Shown here in pieces: positions 39,131 to 51,977 of a stretch of DNA of 64,000 nt. The stretch is from assembly GCA_018062915.1 (NCBI GenBank), contig JAGORH010000017.1:108-64107 (forward strand), written 5' to 3'. Both the position numbers and the translations under genes were made by a program. Below the pieces are notes generated by a model. It did no database searches. It was not told where the DNA came from and was given only the letters and a program-made list of their open reading frames with translations. The stretch's first letter is position 1. Each line of letters opens with the position of its first letter. This DNA is from Kofleriaceae bacterium. GTDB lineage: Bacteria > Myxococcota_A > Polyangia > Haliangiales > Haliangiaceae.

Positions 39131-41137
39131 TCACTGGCAAGGCGCGGTCAGCGGCGCGGGCGCAACCACGGTCGGCGTGCCGGTTCGCAGGTAGCTGTCG
39201 AAGAAGCACCCGTACTGATGCTTCACCTCCTCGAGCTGCCGGTAGATGTAGTGGCTGTCGACGATGCCGTCGCTCTCGAACTGCACCACCACGCGCGTGG
39301 TCATCGCGCCTCCCGGCCCGGCCTGGTTGCGCGCCACCGGATAGCTGACGACGCCGTCGAGCTCGTCGAGGGCCAGGCTCTGCTGCATGGCCGGCCACGC
39401 CGACGGCCCGGCCTGGCGGTTGCCGTAGGCCAGCGCGGCGGCGTCGTAGACCGTGGTCGGAAAGTACACGTCGTCCTTGCCGACCGGCTGGTAGACGTGG
39501 CGCACCGGGTGACCGGGCAGCGGCCGCCGCGCCAGCCGCGACATCGCCACCAGCGGCTCGGCGATCTCCCAGCCGCTGCCGAGCAGGCTCATGCCCGGGT
39601 GGGCGAAGGTCAGCTCGTCGGGCGCGGTCTCGAAGATGCCGCCGAGGAGATCGCGGGTGTTCCGGATGAGGCCGGTCTCGAGGATCATCAGGTTCCAGAA
39701 GCCGCCGGCGCCGGTCGGCACCAGCACCGGAATGCGCGGCTCGACCGCGCCGAACAGGTTGGTGTACATGCCGCCCATCGACTGGCCGCCGGCCACCAGC
39801 TTCGCGGCGTCGAAGCGATGCTCGGTGTTCGCCGCGCCGGTACACCCGGCGACGACGTTGGCCGGGATGCGCAGCGCCAGGAGCGCGTCGAGCAGCAGGC
39901 GCTGCTCGAACACGCCTTGCTGGAACGTGAACGGGAAGGCCGCGAGGTTCTGCAGGTTGAGGTACGCGTAGTCGCTGGCGCCGGGCAGGCGCTCGGGATT
40001 GACCGGCAGCGCCGCCGACACCGTCGCCAGGCCGTAGCGCGCGACGACGAAGGCCGGGCCCTTGCCGACCTCGGGTTCGCCGTCGGGCAAAAGCGTCTTG
40101 CCCAGATCGACGACGCCCCCCGACACCCCGCCCGAGCCGTGGAAGAACTGGTAGAGCGGCCAGCCGTCGGTCGGCATCGGCCCGGCCGGGATCGTGATCG
40201 TGAGCGGCACGGTCAGGCTGCCCTGGGCGATCGGCGTGCCCGCGGCGTCGAGGACGAAGTCGCCCTCGGTGGTGAACGGGGCGGCGCCGCGCTGGAACTG
40301 CGGGAAGGTCACGGTGCCGACCAGCTCGCAGAACGGCGAGACCGGGTCGCGGTGATCGCCGTCGCCATCGATCGCGAGGCCCGCGATCACCGCGTCGTGG
40401 GCGGCCCGCACCGCCTCGCTGCGCGCGAACAGGAGCGCGGTCGGATCGCCGGTGGTGAAGACCGTCGCGGTCAAAACGTCGTCGCTCGCGACGCCGAGCG
40501 ACGCCAGGGTCGGCCACAGCGGCGCATAGGCGGCCGCGGTCGCCGCGCCGCGCGCCCCGGCCGGGGTGTCGCCGGCCGCCATCGTCGCGATCGCCGCCGC
40601 CGGGCGCAGCCCCGGCGCGGCCGCCGAGCGCACGACCACTGCGTAGGTCGTCGACGGCGCCAGGACGATGCCCGGGTAGGGCGCGACCGCCAGCAGGTGC
40701 TCGGGGGCGAAGCCGTCGAAGATCAGGGCCTCGGCCACCACCGGATAGAGCCGTCCGCGATCGGGCGAGTCGGGATCGACATCGAGCAGCATGATCGGCG
40801 CGGTCGGCGCCGGCGCGATCAGCTCGCCGGCCTGCCACGGCGCGGTCGGCGCCGCGAACCGGAAGAAGGCGATGGGCATGAGCGGCGCGCCGACCTTGGC
40901 GTCGGCGAGCCCGACGAGCTGACGGATCAGGATGCCGCCGTTGGGGTTGGGGAACCCGCCGTAGGCCTGGGTGCCGTCGGCGTCGACCCGCACGTCCGAG
41001 GGGAACGGCGCGTCGAAGAAGGTCCGCCCGGCCAGCTCGCCGTCGAGGTCGAAGAACACGTCGGGAGGACCGGCCGGGTCGTCGCCGCAGCCGGTCGCGA
41101 CCGCGGCGGCGATCACCAGCGCGAGAGAGGAGCGCAT
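39131..41137 (-). CDS. secreted alpha/beta-hydrolase (lipase/esterase-like) lipoprotein
   Basis: [18 protein letters not shown] lipobox. GQSMGG (GxSxG) nucleophile elbow. 668 aa. Overlapping +ORF 38849..41413 rejected. Confidence 0.7.
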   Translation of the reverse strand: MRSSLALVIAAAVATGCGDDPAGPPDVFFDLDGELAGRTFFDAPFPSDVRVDADGTQAYGGFPNPNGGILIRQLVGLADAKVGAPLMPIAFFRFAAPTAPWQAGELIAPAPTAPIMLLDVDPDSPDRGRLYPVVAEALIFDGFAPEHLLAVAPYPGIVLAPSTTYAVVVRSAAAPGLRPAAAIATMAAGDTPAGARGAATAAAYAPLWPTLASLGVASDDVLTATVFTTGDPTALLFARSEAVRAAHDAVIAGLAIDGDGDHRDPVSPFCELVGTVTFPQFQRGAAPFTTEGDFVLDAAGTPIAQGSLTVPLTITIPAGPMPTDGWPLYQFFHGSGGVSGGVVDLGKTLLPDGEPEVGKGPAFVVARYGLATVSAALPVNPERLPGASDYAYLNLQNLAAFPFTFQQGVFEQRLLLDALLALRIPANVVAGCTGAANTEHRFDAAKLVAGGQSMGGMYTNLFGAVEPRIPVLVPTGAGGFWNLMILETGLIRNTRDLLGGIFETAPDELTFAHPGMSLLGSGWEIAEPLVAMSRLARRPLPGHPVRHVYQPVGKDDVYFPTTVYDAAALAYGNRQAGPSAWPAMQQSLALDELDGVVSYPVARNQAGPGGAMTTRVVVQFESDGIVDSHYIYRQLEEVKHQYGCFFDSYLRTGTPTVVAPAPLTAPCQ

Positions 41138-41219
41138 CGCGGGAGCAAACCGCGGCGGCGCCGGCGAGTCAATCGCGTCCGCGGCTCGCGGCGCGGCCGT
41201 CGGCGCCCGGGCGTGACGC

Positions 41220-41552
41220 TCAGTCGTCGGGCGCTTCTTCGGGTGCGGCGCGGCGCCAGGCCCGGCGCAAGGTCTCGACGTCGAGGCCGTGATCGTCCAT
41301 CACCTCGAGCGACCCCGGCAGGTCGAGATGGATCGCGGACAGGAGCGCGGCCAGATCCTCGACCTCGCCGCTGCCCTGCCAGGCGTCGAGGGCCCGCAGC
41401 ACGCGGACCGTGACCACGCCGTCGTCCATCATGCGCGCCGAGTGCCAGGTGACCGCGCCGCGACAGCGCGGGCACGGACGCGCGTGGGGCCATAGCCAGC
41501 CGCACACGAAGCAGTCGTCGCCGGCCCAGCCGTCGCGGATCCCCTCCATCGC
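41220..41552 (-). CDS. small Cys-rich (zinc-ribbon-like) hypothetical protein
   Basis: MEGIRDGWAGDDCFVCGWLWPHARPCPRC... The ATG lies 2 nt after the upstream TAG stop, suggesting coupling. Confidence 0.4.
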   Translation of the reverse strand, partial: AMEGIRDGWAGDDCFVCGWLWPHARPCPRCRGAVTWHSARMMDDGVVTVRVLRALDAWQGSGEVEDLAALLSAIHLDLPGSLEVMDDHGLDVETLRRAWRRAAPEEAPDD

Positions 41553-41554
41553 TA

Positions 41555-42021
41555 CTCGCCGCCGCCGCACGGATCGTGGGTCGCGCCGTCCTCGCCGCCG
41601 CCGCACGGGTCGCCCAGCCCGCGGGCGCCGCTGCCGCCCTCGGCGTCGTCGCTCGGTCCGCCCTTGGTCGCGCGATCGCCAGCGTTGGGCGAGAAGATCG
41701 CGTCGATCGCCTGCTCGAGCGCGCGCTCCTGGTCGTCGGTGAGGACGTCCTCGGCGCATCGCTCGAGCTGGTCATCGGAGCTGGCGCGGGACAGGCACGC
41801 GATCGCCTCGGGGGACCAGGCGTCGGCGCGGCAGCGCTCGGTGATCACCGCCTCGACGCGGCCGGCGGTCTCGGGCACGTCCGGTTGCTGGCGGGCCCGG
41901 AGCATGGCCTCGAACTGCGCGCGCACGTTGGCGGCGGCGTCGGCGCAGGCGTCGGGCTTGGGTCGCTGCGGGCTGCTGCAGGCACAGGTCAGCGCGAGAG
42001 CGAGGGCGGCGAGGACACGCA
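41555..42021 (-). CDS. lipoprotein, hypothetical
   Basis: MRVLAALALALTCACSS lipobox. Cys-containing helical region. C-terminal Gly/Asp-rich 'DPCGGGEDGATHDPCGGGE'. The long N-terminal extension in ORF 41552..42577 is rejected. Confidence 0.6.
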
Positions 42022-42069
42022 TGCCGTCAGCTTGCCACAACGCGCGCCGGCCCCGCCGCCGGTCGCGGC

Positions 42070-42963
42070 TCACACCTTCTTGACGCTCTTGGCGCGCGAC
42101 TTCTTCTTCGGCGCCGCCGCCGCGGCGGCCTCGGCCTGCTGGGCCGCGCCGAGCCGACGGATCGCGCGCAGGCGCAGGGTCTTGTCGAGCCTGGGCTTGA
42201 ACTCGCTGGCCGGCGGCGGCTCGGGCAACATGCCGGTGCGCGCGAGCTCGTCTTCGCGCAGGAGCAAGGCCCGCAGCTTGTCGGGCGAGGACATCGCGCG
42301 CAGCTTGGCGATCGTCTGCGGGTTGCGCATCGCTCGGGCCAGCCGGCCGAGGATCGGCAGGTGGAGCTTGTCGTACTTCAGGCCCATCAGGAAGAACAAG
42401 AAGGTGTTGCGGCCGTCGGGCGCGCCGAACGGGATGCCTTCCCACGACCGCCCGCACACCAGGAACGGCCGCGCGATCTTGCCCTTGTCCTTGGCCCGGG
42501 TGTGGAGGAACGCGACCCCGCCCTCCATCGCCGTCGACGCCAGCGACTCGCGCTCGACCACCTGACCCACGAACCACGGCTTGTCGGTCAGCCAGCCGTT
42601 GGCGTAGGCGCGCGCCGCCAGCTCCTCGATCACCGCCACCGAGGTCCGGGCCTTGAGATCGATGATGATCGCCGAGTCGGGCAGCAGATCCTCGAGCGGC
42701 AGCTTCATGCCGTCGGGGATGTCGGTGAAGTTCTCCTCGTCACCCAAGAGCTCGCGCTCGAGCCAGACGTCGACGTCCTTCTTGCGGAACTGCCACGACC
42801 GCTCGCCGCCGACCGACGGCAGCTTGCCGGTCGAGGCCAGCTTGTAGATGGTCTTCTCGTCGAGGTGGAGGTACGCAGACAGCTCGGCCAGGGTCATGAG
42901 CGGTTCGTCGGGCTTCTTGGAACGCTCAGGGGCCGCGGGCTTCTTGGTCATCGCGGCCTGCAC
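42070..42963 (-). CDS. DNA-binding (excisionase/MerR-like HTH) + PTS EIIA-type-2 (PtsN-like) domain protein with Lys-rich C-terminal tail
   Basis: N-terminal 'LMTLAELSAYLHLDEKTIYKLASTGKLPSVGGERSWQFRKKDVDVWL' HTH. Middle has a PTS_EIIA_2-like fold (AIIIDLKARTSVAVIEELAA...VAFLHTRAKD). C-terminal APKKKSRAKSVKKV tail. Confidence 0.6.
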   Translation of the reverse strand: MQAAMTKKPAAPERSKKPDEPLMTLAELSAYLHLDEKTIYKLASTGKLPSVGGERSWQFRKKDVDVWLERELLGDEENFTDIPDGMKLPLEDLLPDSAIIIDLKARTSVAVIEELAARAYANGWLTDKPWFVGQVVERESLASTAMEGGVAFLHTRAKDKGKIARPFLVCGRSWEGIPFGAPDGRNTFLFFLMGLKYDKLHLPILGRLARAMRNPQTIAKLRAMSSPDKLRALLLREDELARTGMLPEPPPASEFKPRLDKTLRLRAIRRLGAAQQAEAAAAAAPKKKSRAKSVKKV

Positions 42964-43024
42964 TCTATCACCTCCCCGCTGGCCGAAAGTCGCGGCCGCC
43001 GGCAGGGCCGACTAGAATATCCCG

Positions 43025-43915
43025 GTGGCGGCTCCGAACCCCCGCTGGTCCCTTCGCCGGGCCCGCCTCCTGGTCGGCTCGAAGCTGGCGTTGGTCGGCG
43101 GCCTGGTGGTGTTCGTCGGCCTGACCTGGGTCGTCGAGCGCATGCTCGCCCTCGACGGGCCGGTCGACCTGTCGCCGCCGCTGGCGCTGGTGATCGCGGC
43201 GGTGCCGGCCAGCCTGTGGTTGGCGTTCTTCTACCTGCAAGATCGCTACGAGCCCGAGCCGATGCACTACGTGTTCGGCGTGTTCCTGCTGGGCGCGCTG
43301 GTGGCGGCGCCGATGGCCGACTTCGCGATGTACCAGCTCGCCCCGCCCCAGCCCTTGGTCCAGCACGGCCTCGACCCGTTCGCGCCCGATCGCGTGGTGC
43401 ACGCCATCGTCGTGGTCGGCCTGGCCCAGGAGCTGTGCAAGTACGTCGCGGTCCGCTACACGATCTACACCTCGAGCGAGTTCGACGAGCCGATGGACGG
43501 CGTCGTCTACATGATGTCGGTCGGCACCGGCTTCGCGGTGTGGGTCAACTACCGCCACCTCCAGGATCTGGGCGGCCAGGTCTACCTGTCGACCGGCGCC
43601 GCCGAGGCGGTGATCTCGACCCTGGCCCACGCCTCCTTCGCCGGCTTCCTCGGCTACGTCCTCGGGCGCGCCAAGTTCACCCGCCGCGGACCGGTGTCGC
43701 GCGGGGTCCTGCTCTTCGCGGGCCTCGTAGGCGCGGCGCTGATCAACGGCCTGTTCACCGTCGTCGAGGCCTGGGTGCGGACCCGCGGCCTGGCCAACCA
43801 TCCGTGGAAGGGCGTCGGGCTGGCCGCCGCCCTGGCGATCGCGGTGTTCCTGGTGTTGATGGTGTTCGTGCGTCGGCTCCTGGCGCAGTCGCCGTTCCGG
43901 CGGGACGAGCGATGA
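43025..43915 (+). CDS. PrsW-family intramembrane metalloprotease
   Basis: Multi-TM protein with the conserved E-E-x-x-K motif (AQELCKYV) and an FxxxH-type (HASFAGFLGY) motif. Stop overlaps the start of the downstream protease (ATGA). Confidence 0.7.
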   Translation: MAAPNPRWSLRRARLLVGSKLALVGGLVVFVGLTWVVERMLALDGPVDLSPPLALVIAAVPASLWLAFFYLQDRYEPEPMHYVFGVFLLGALVAAPMADFAMYQLAPPQPLVQHGLDPFAPDRVVHAIVVVGLAQELCKYVAVRYTIYTSSEFDEPMDGVVYMMSVGTGFAVWVNYRHLQDLGGQVYLSTGAAEAVISTLAHASFAGFLGYVLGRAKFTRRGPVSRGVLLFAGLVGAALINGLFTVVEAWVRTRGLANHPWKGVGLAAALAIAVFLVLMVFVRRLLAQSPFRRDER

Positions 43916-45903
43916 GCGACGAGCCCAAGCACCCCGCGGCCGAGCCGCCCGCCGCCGAGCCCGCCGAGCCCGCCGCCGAGCCGCCCGCGGCCGAGCCGCC
44001 CGCCGCCGAGCCGCCCGCCGCCGAGCCGCCCGCCGCCGAGCCGCCCGCCGAGCCCACCGCCGACGACCCCAGCGCGTCGGCGTCGATGGACGCGATCGAC
44101 CAGCCGACCATGGCCGAGCGCGCGTGGCGCCGGGCCCAGACGATCGGTCCGGCGGTCGCCGACGTCACCCGCCAGGTCGCCCACGCCCTCGGCCCGGCCT
44201 CGCCGTACCACCGCCACGACTTCATCGTGATCGCCTTCGCGCTCGCGGTGGTCGCCCTGGGCGGCGTCGCCCATCGCTACCTGGTCACGCCCACCGTCGA
44301 GACCTTCCGCACCCGCGGCCTGACCCTGACCCGACCGGCCACCTGGCTCGCGCCCGAGGAGGTGCCGCGGGTCACCCCGCGCCTGGTCGCCGCGTCGGCG
44401 CCGCGTCCGCGCCGCGCCGGCGAGCTGCCGTATCACGTCGTCTACACGTCGTCGCTCGATCCCGACGTCCGCATGGAGGTCCGGATCGAGGAGCGGCCCC
44501 CGTGGTCCAACGCGATCGCCAGCCTCGAGCTCGATCGTCGGACCCGGTGGGGCGAGCTGTACGCCGCCGACGCCAGCACGGTGCACACGATCGGCCGCCA
44601 TAGCTGGCTCAAGACCTCGTTCCGCTACGCCTACGCGCCGGGCAAGGGCGACGAACCGCGGATCGGTCATGCCACCGAGCTGGCCACCGTCGATCGCGAG
44701 CGGCTGTACGCGGTCACGCTGTACGGCGGCCGGGCCCAGGTCGCGCGGCTGGTCGCCACGATCATGCCCAGCCTGCGGGTCGCGTCGCTCACCGGGGTGC
44801 CCCTGGTCGCGACCACCGCGCGGCTCCAGCCCAAGGTGCCGGCCGCGGTCCAGACCGCGTTCGATCGCACGGTCATGGTGGTCGTGGCCGACGTCGTCGA
44901 CGGCCAGCTCCGGGCGGTGGGCGGCGGCTCGGGGGCGATCATCGGCGGCGACGGCTCGATCCTCACCAACCATCACCTCCTGGTCGACCGCGAGCGGCGA
45001 CCCCACGCGGTGTTCGTGATCGCGCGGTCGCGCGGCGTCGCGCAGCCGCCCGAGCTGGTGTGCGCCGGTCACCCGACGGCGTCGAAGCTCGCCCCGGAGC
45101 TCGACCTCGCGCTCATCAAGTGTGACGTCGACCTCGACGGTCGGCCGTGGACCCCGGCCCAGGCCTCGGCCTGGCCAGCCTTCACCCGCCGCCCCGAGGC
45201 CCCCTTCGTGCCCGGCCAGCGCCTGTGGGTGCTCGGCTTTCCCGACGTCGGCGGCGGCGCCCTGACCGTGTCGCAAGGCGCGGTCCAGGGCGTGCCGTCG
45301 CCCGGGTCCGGCGACGCGTACATCAAGACCGACGCGACGATCACCCACGGCAACTCCGGCGGCCCGGTGGTCGACGACGACGGCCAGCTCATCGGCATCG
45401 CCAGCGCGTTCCGCGTGCAGTCGACCGTGCGCGGCACGACGGTGCAGACCACCACCGCCGGCCTCATCCGCCCCGTCGGCCTGGCCAGCCGCATCTTCGC
45501 GGTGGTCAAGACCGGCTGGGTGCCGCGCGAGGGCCGGACGTCCCTCGATCTCGAGCCGACCGCGATCGAGGCCGAGGCCGAGGGCATCCGCCTGTCGACC
45601 CGCATCGTCACCCACGCCAGCGGCCAGCCGATCGCCGGCGCGCTGCTCATGGTGCTGCGGCCGGGCGTGGCGGCCAGCGCGATCGACGTCAATCGCCTCG
45701 ACGATCTGGTGATCTCCTGGGGTCGGTCTGGCGCCGACGGGCAGGTCTACCTGAAGCAGCCGGTGCCCGCGCCCGGGACGTACACCGTCATGGTCACCGC
45801 CGACGGCCACAGCCCGCTCATCGGTCAGGACGCGCTCACCCTGGGCGCGGATACGCCGCCGTTCTTCGATCCGTGGAGCGAGGTCCGCCTCAACCCGGAG
45901 TGA
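43912..45903 (+). CDS. trypsin-like (S1/HtrA-type) serine protease with (AAEPP)n N-terminal repeat and TM anchor
   Basis: AEPPAAEPPAAEPP repeats. TM 'FIVIAFALAVVALGGVAH'. Catalytic 'TDATITHGNSGGPVVDDDGQLIGI' (GNSGGP). 'ILTNHHLL' His region. The upstream in-frame extension (ORF start 42361) is rejected. Confidence 0.8.
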   Translation: MSDEPKHPAAEPPAAEPAEPAAEPPAAEPPAAEPPAAEPPAAEPPAEPTADDPSASASMDAIDQPTMAERAWRRAQTIGPAVADVTRQVAHALGPASPYHRHDFIVIAFALAVVALGGVAHRYLVTPTVETFRTRGLTLTRPATWLAPEEVPRVTPRLVAASAPRPRRAGELPYHVVYTSSLDPDVRMEVRIEERPPWSNAIASLELDRRTRWGELYAADASTVHTIGRHSWLKTSFRYAYAPGKGDEPRIGHATELATVDRERLYAVTLYGGRAQVARLVATIMPSLRVASLTGVPLVATTARLQPKVPAAVQTAFDRTVMVVVADVVDGQLRAVGGGSGAIIGGDGSILTNHHLLVDRERRPHAVFVIARSRGVAQPPELVCAGHPTASKLAPELDLALIKCDVDLDGRPWTPAQASAWPAFTRRPEAPFVPGQRLWVLGFPDVGGGALTVSQGAVQGVPSPGSGDAYIKTDATITHGNSGGPVVDDDGQLIGIASAFRVQSTVRGTTVQTTTAGLIRPVGLASRIFAVVKTGWVPREGRTSLDLEPTAIEAEAEGIRLSTRIVTHASGQPIAGALLMVLRPGVAASAIDVNRLDDLVISWGRSGADGQVYLKQPVPAPGTYTVMVTADGHSPLIGQDALTLGADTPPFFDPWSEVRLNPE

Positions 45904-45904
45904 G

Positions 45905-46120
45905 CGGGGACGGGGACGGGGACGGCGGGCCGCCTCGGTCTCGGCCTCGGTCTCGGTCTCGGCCTCGGCCTCGGCCTCGGTCTCGGCCTCGGTCTCGGTC
46001 TCGGCCTCGGACTCGGTCTCGGTCTCGGTCTCGGTCTCGGCCTCGTCTCGGCCTCGGTCTCGGTCTCGGCCGCGGTCTCTGCCTCGGCCTCCTTCTCTGC
46101 CTCAGCCTCCGCCTCAGATT
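45905..46120. repeat. (GAGRCS)n hexamer tandem repeat, copy 4 of 6 (CTCGGY orientation)
   Basis: Starts 2 nt after the protease TGA stop: gcggggacggggacggggacgg then (cctcggtctcgg)n and degenerate cctc(a/c)gcctc units. Confidence 0.9.
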
Positions 46121-46316
46121 TCCGCTGCAGACGGAATCCCTCCCCGCGTCGCAACATACTAGAATTCCATCGTACACATCCTCGCACACCTATTCTTCGG
46201 CAAGCTGACGCACAAAAAAACGCCGCTGATTTCCGCTTAGGTGAAATTTCTCCTTGCGCTCGTCCGCGGTCGGCCCTATCTACAAAGGAGCCGCACGCCA
46301 CAAGCGTTCGCTGGCG

Positions 46317-46356
46317 CCGCAGCAGGCTGTCCCCCCGGCCGCTGCGGTTTTTTTTT
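46317..46356 (+). terminator. candidate intrinsic terminator (GC hairpin + T9) in a 380-bp lower-GC intergenic region
   Basis: ccgcagc-a-ggc[tgtcccccc g]gcc-gctgcgg stem (7+3 bp) followed by ttttttttt. A7 tract at 46214-46220 lies upstream. Region 46130-46500 is markedly less GC-rich than the flanks. Confidence 0.35.
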
Positions 46357-46508
46357 GCCCGCGGCGCGCCCCTCGGTCGCCAGGGCGCCGCCCGCCTTCC
46401 TCGAGGGTGGCGTGAGCCCGGCGGCGCCGCGGCGGCGACCGCGATCGACCGCGGGGCCGGACCGTTGCTTGCCCGTTTTCCCGCGGACGTGTTACCCACG
46501 CGTCAACC

Positions 46509-48769
<2,261 letters not shown>

Positions 48770-48774
48770 TGCGA

Positions 48775-48976
48775 ATCGTCGACGGGAGCTGCGCGTCTGT
48801 TCAGCGCGCGGCGATTTCTCGTCGAGAAAACCGGGTGTTACCGTCGAGGAACGGCGGGGCGGTGGGCGCCTCGACGAGGACCGCGGGTGGCCTCGACGGG
48901 GGCTCGACGGAGATCGTTGTCAGACCCCTCGCGTAGCGTCCCGCCCAATCCCTCGAGACCCGATCGGGCGAGGGAT
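48775..48976. promoter_or_regulatory. array of six (C)TCGACG motifs plus an 8-bp-stem inverted repeat upstream of the histone-like gene
   Basis: TCGACG / CGTCGA cores at ~48776, 48822, 48843, 48869, 48891 and 48904. Inverted repeat atccctcg[13 nt]cgagggat at 48948-48976 contains the cccgatcggg palindrome. About 35 nt upstream of the GGGAGGG RBS of the 49011 gene. Confidence 0.4.
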
Positions 48977-49010
48977 CCCAGAACCACCACCCTATCGGGA
49001 GGGACTGACA

Positions 49011-49400
49011 ATGGCTGCTGCAGAGAAGGTTCACAAGGCTGGCATCACCCGCAACAACGACATGATGTACTACGTGAAGAACGGGGACATCTGGCAGGTG
49101 CCGCGCAAGAAGCCGGGCCAGCCGAAGGGCAAGGCCTCGGTGCTCGTCAAGGCCGGCGTCGAGATGGACTACTCGAAGTACCTGTACTTCGTCGACGGCG
49201 ATGGCGACATCGCGCGCAAGGAGCGCCAGGTCGGCGGCTCGAAGCGCAAGTCGGCGGCCAAGAAGGCCCCGGCCAAGCCGGCCAAGAAGGCGGCCCCGGC
49301 CAAGAAGGCGCCGGCCAAGAAGGCGGCTCCGGCCAAGAAGGCCCCGGCCAAGAAGGCCCCGGCCAAGAAGGCCCCGGCCAAGAAGGCCAAGAAGAAGTAA
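49011..49400 (+). CDS. histone H1-like / AlgP-type lysine-rich DNA-binding protein
   Basis: ~70 aa globular N-terminal domain, then (KKAAPA / [11 protein letters not shown])n C-terminal tail as in bacterial H1-like nucleoid proteins. Strong RBS GGGAGGG. Confidence 0.75.
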   Translation: MAAAEKVHKAGITRNNDMMYYVKNGDIWQVPRKKPGQPKGKASVLVKAGVEMDYSKYLYFVDGDGDIARKERQVGGSKRKSAAKKAPAKPAKKAAPAKKAPAKKAAPAKKAPAKKAPAKKAPAKKAKKK

Positions 49401-49579
49401 GCTCCCCGCGATCTCGCGGAGACGATCGCTCGGCGCCGCCTGACCGCGGCGCCGTCGCTCGTTTCGGCGCGCGTCGGTGCGGGTCGGTGCGGGCCCCCGG
49501 CGCGTCCGGCGACAAACCCGGGGCGCCGTCTTGCGGAGCGCCCGCGTCGGGCGCTAACCTCGCGACGGAGGACGGGAAA

Positions 49580-50503
<924 letters not shown>

Positions 50504-50521
50504 TCAGGAGCCCGCCCGCAC

Positions 50522-51766
50522 GTGCGCGTCTGCCCGCGGTGCCATACCCGCTTCCCGACCGGCGAGCGGTTCTGCTTGCACGACTCGGCGATGCTGGTCG
50601 AGGAGCAGGACCTCGCGCGCCTGGGCAGCGCGGTCGGCAACTATCGGCTCGAGAAGATCCTCGGCCGCGGCGGCATGGGCACCGTCTACAGCGGCGAGCA
50701 CGTCTACATCAAGAAGCCGGTGGCGGTGAAGATCCTCCACCCGCAGTTCGCGCGCTACCAGGACGCGGTCAATCGCTTCCTGCGCGAGGCCCGGGCGGCG
50801 TCGTCGATCAACCACCCGAACATCGTCGACGTCACCGACTTCGGCGTCCTGCCCGACGGCCTGGTGTACTTCGTCATGGAGTACCTCGAGGGCAAGAGCC
50901 TCGAGGATCTGATCGAGAAGGAGGGCGCGGTCGAGCTGCATCGCGCGCTCAACATCGTCAACCAGATGGCCTACGCGCTCGAGGCCGCGCACACGCTCGG
51001 CGTGATCCACCGCGACCTCAAGCCCGACAACGTCATGTTGCTCGAGCGGCCGGGGCGCCGCGATATCGTGCGCATGGCCACCCAGGGCGCCAACTCGGGC
51101 TACGTCACCGAGCGCGAGCGCAGCTACGACTTCGTGAAGATCCTCGACTTCGGGATCGCCAAGATCCTCGCCCCCGACGAGCTCGGGGTCGACACCGTGC
51201 AGGGCGCGGTCTTCGGGACTCCCGAGTACATGTCGCCCGAGGCGGCCCGCGGCGACGACGTCGATCTGCGAACCGACATCTACGCGGTCGGCGTGATGTT
51301 GTTCGACATGCTGTGCGGCCGTCCGCCCTACGAGGCCGAGGCCGGCAACGAGGTCCTGCAGAAGCACATCCACGCGCCGGTGCCGTCGCCGCGCGAGTTC
51401 GCGCCCCACCGCGAGATCACCGAGGGCGCCGAGCGCGTGATCATGCGCGCCATGGCCAAGGACCCGGCGCGCCGCTACCAGACCATGGCCGAGCTGCGCG
51501 CCGATCTGGCCAACGCTTACGGCACGGTGTCGTACCGCCGCAACCTGCCGGGCGAGGGCCCGCGCGGCGCCGACGCGCGCAAGAAGCGCCTGACCGAAGA
51601 GATCGACGACTGGTTGAAGAACGACAAGTCGTCGATGTCGGTCGAGGAGGCCCGGGTCATGGCGCTGGTCGATCAGGCCGACCGCGCCTTCAACCCGCCG
51701 CCGCTGTCGCCGACTGACGCTGCCCGGCTGGCCCAGGCCCTCGACGACGCCCTCGACGAGGACTGA
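50522..51766 (+). CDS. Ser/Thr protein kinase with N-terminal zinc-ribbon
   Basis: CPRCHTRF...C zinc ribbon. [38 protein letters not shown]. No TM, so cytoplasmic. Reverse ORF 50504..52024 rejected. Confidence 0.92.
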   Translation: MRVCPRCHTRFPTGERFCLHDSAMLVEEQDLARLGSAVGNYRLEKILGRGGMGTVYSGEHVYIKKPVAVKILHPQFARYQDAVNRFLREARAASSINHPNIVDVTDFGVLPDGLVYFVMEYLEGKSLEDLIEKEGAVELHRALNIVNQMAYALEAAHTLGVIHRDLKPDNVMLLERPGRRDIVRMATQGANSGYVTERERSYDFVKILDFGIAKILAPDELGVDTVQGAVFGTPEYMSPEAARGDDVDLRTDIYAVGVMLFDMLCGRPPYEAEAGNEVLQKHIHAPVPSPREFAPHREITEGAERVIMRAMAKDPARRYQTMAELRADLANAYGTVSYRRNLPGEGPRGADARKKRLTEEIDDWLKNDKSSMSVEEARVMALVDQADRAFNPPPLSPTDAARLAQALDDALDED

Positions 51767-51906
<140 letters not shown>

Positions 51907-51977
51907 GGTTGGCGAGAGACCGGGGCGGCGCGGATCGCGGCGATGGTCGTGAGGTCCGATCCACTCGAGGAGGAACC

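Noticed and set aside
42361-43911. Upstream 517-codon in-frame extension of the trypsin-like protease ORF (start 42361)
   Set aside because: It overlaps the PrsW gene and the antisense of the HTH/EIIA gene. The ATGA-coupled ATG at 43912 followed by the AAEPP repeats is the natural start.
46225-46356. Possibility that the lower-GC segment encodes a tRNA or tmRNA
   Set aside because: No T-loop (GTTCRANYC) or acceptor-stem pairing found. Only the hairpin + T9 terminator is supported.
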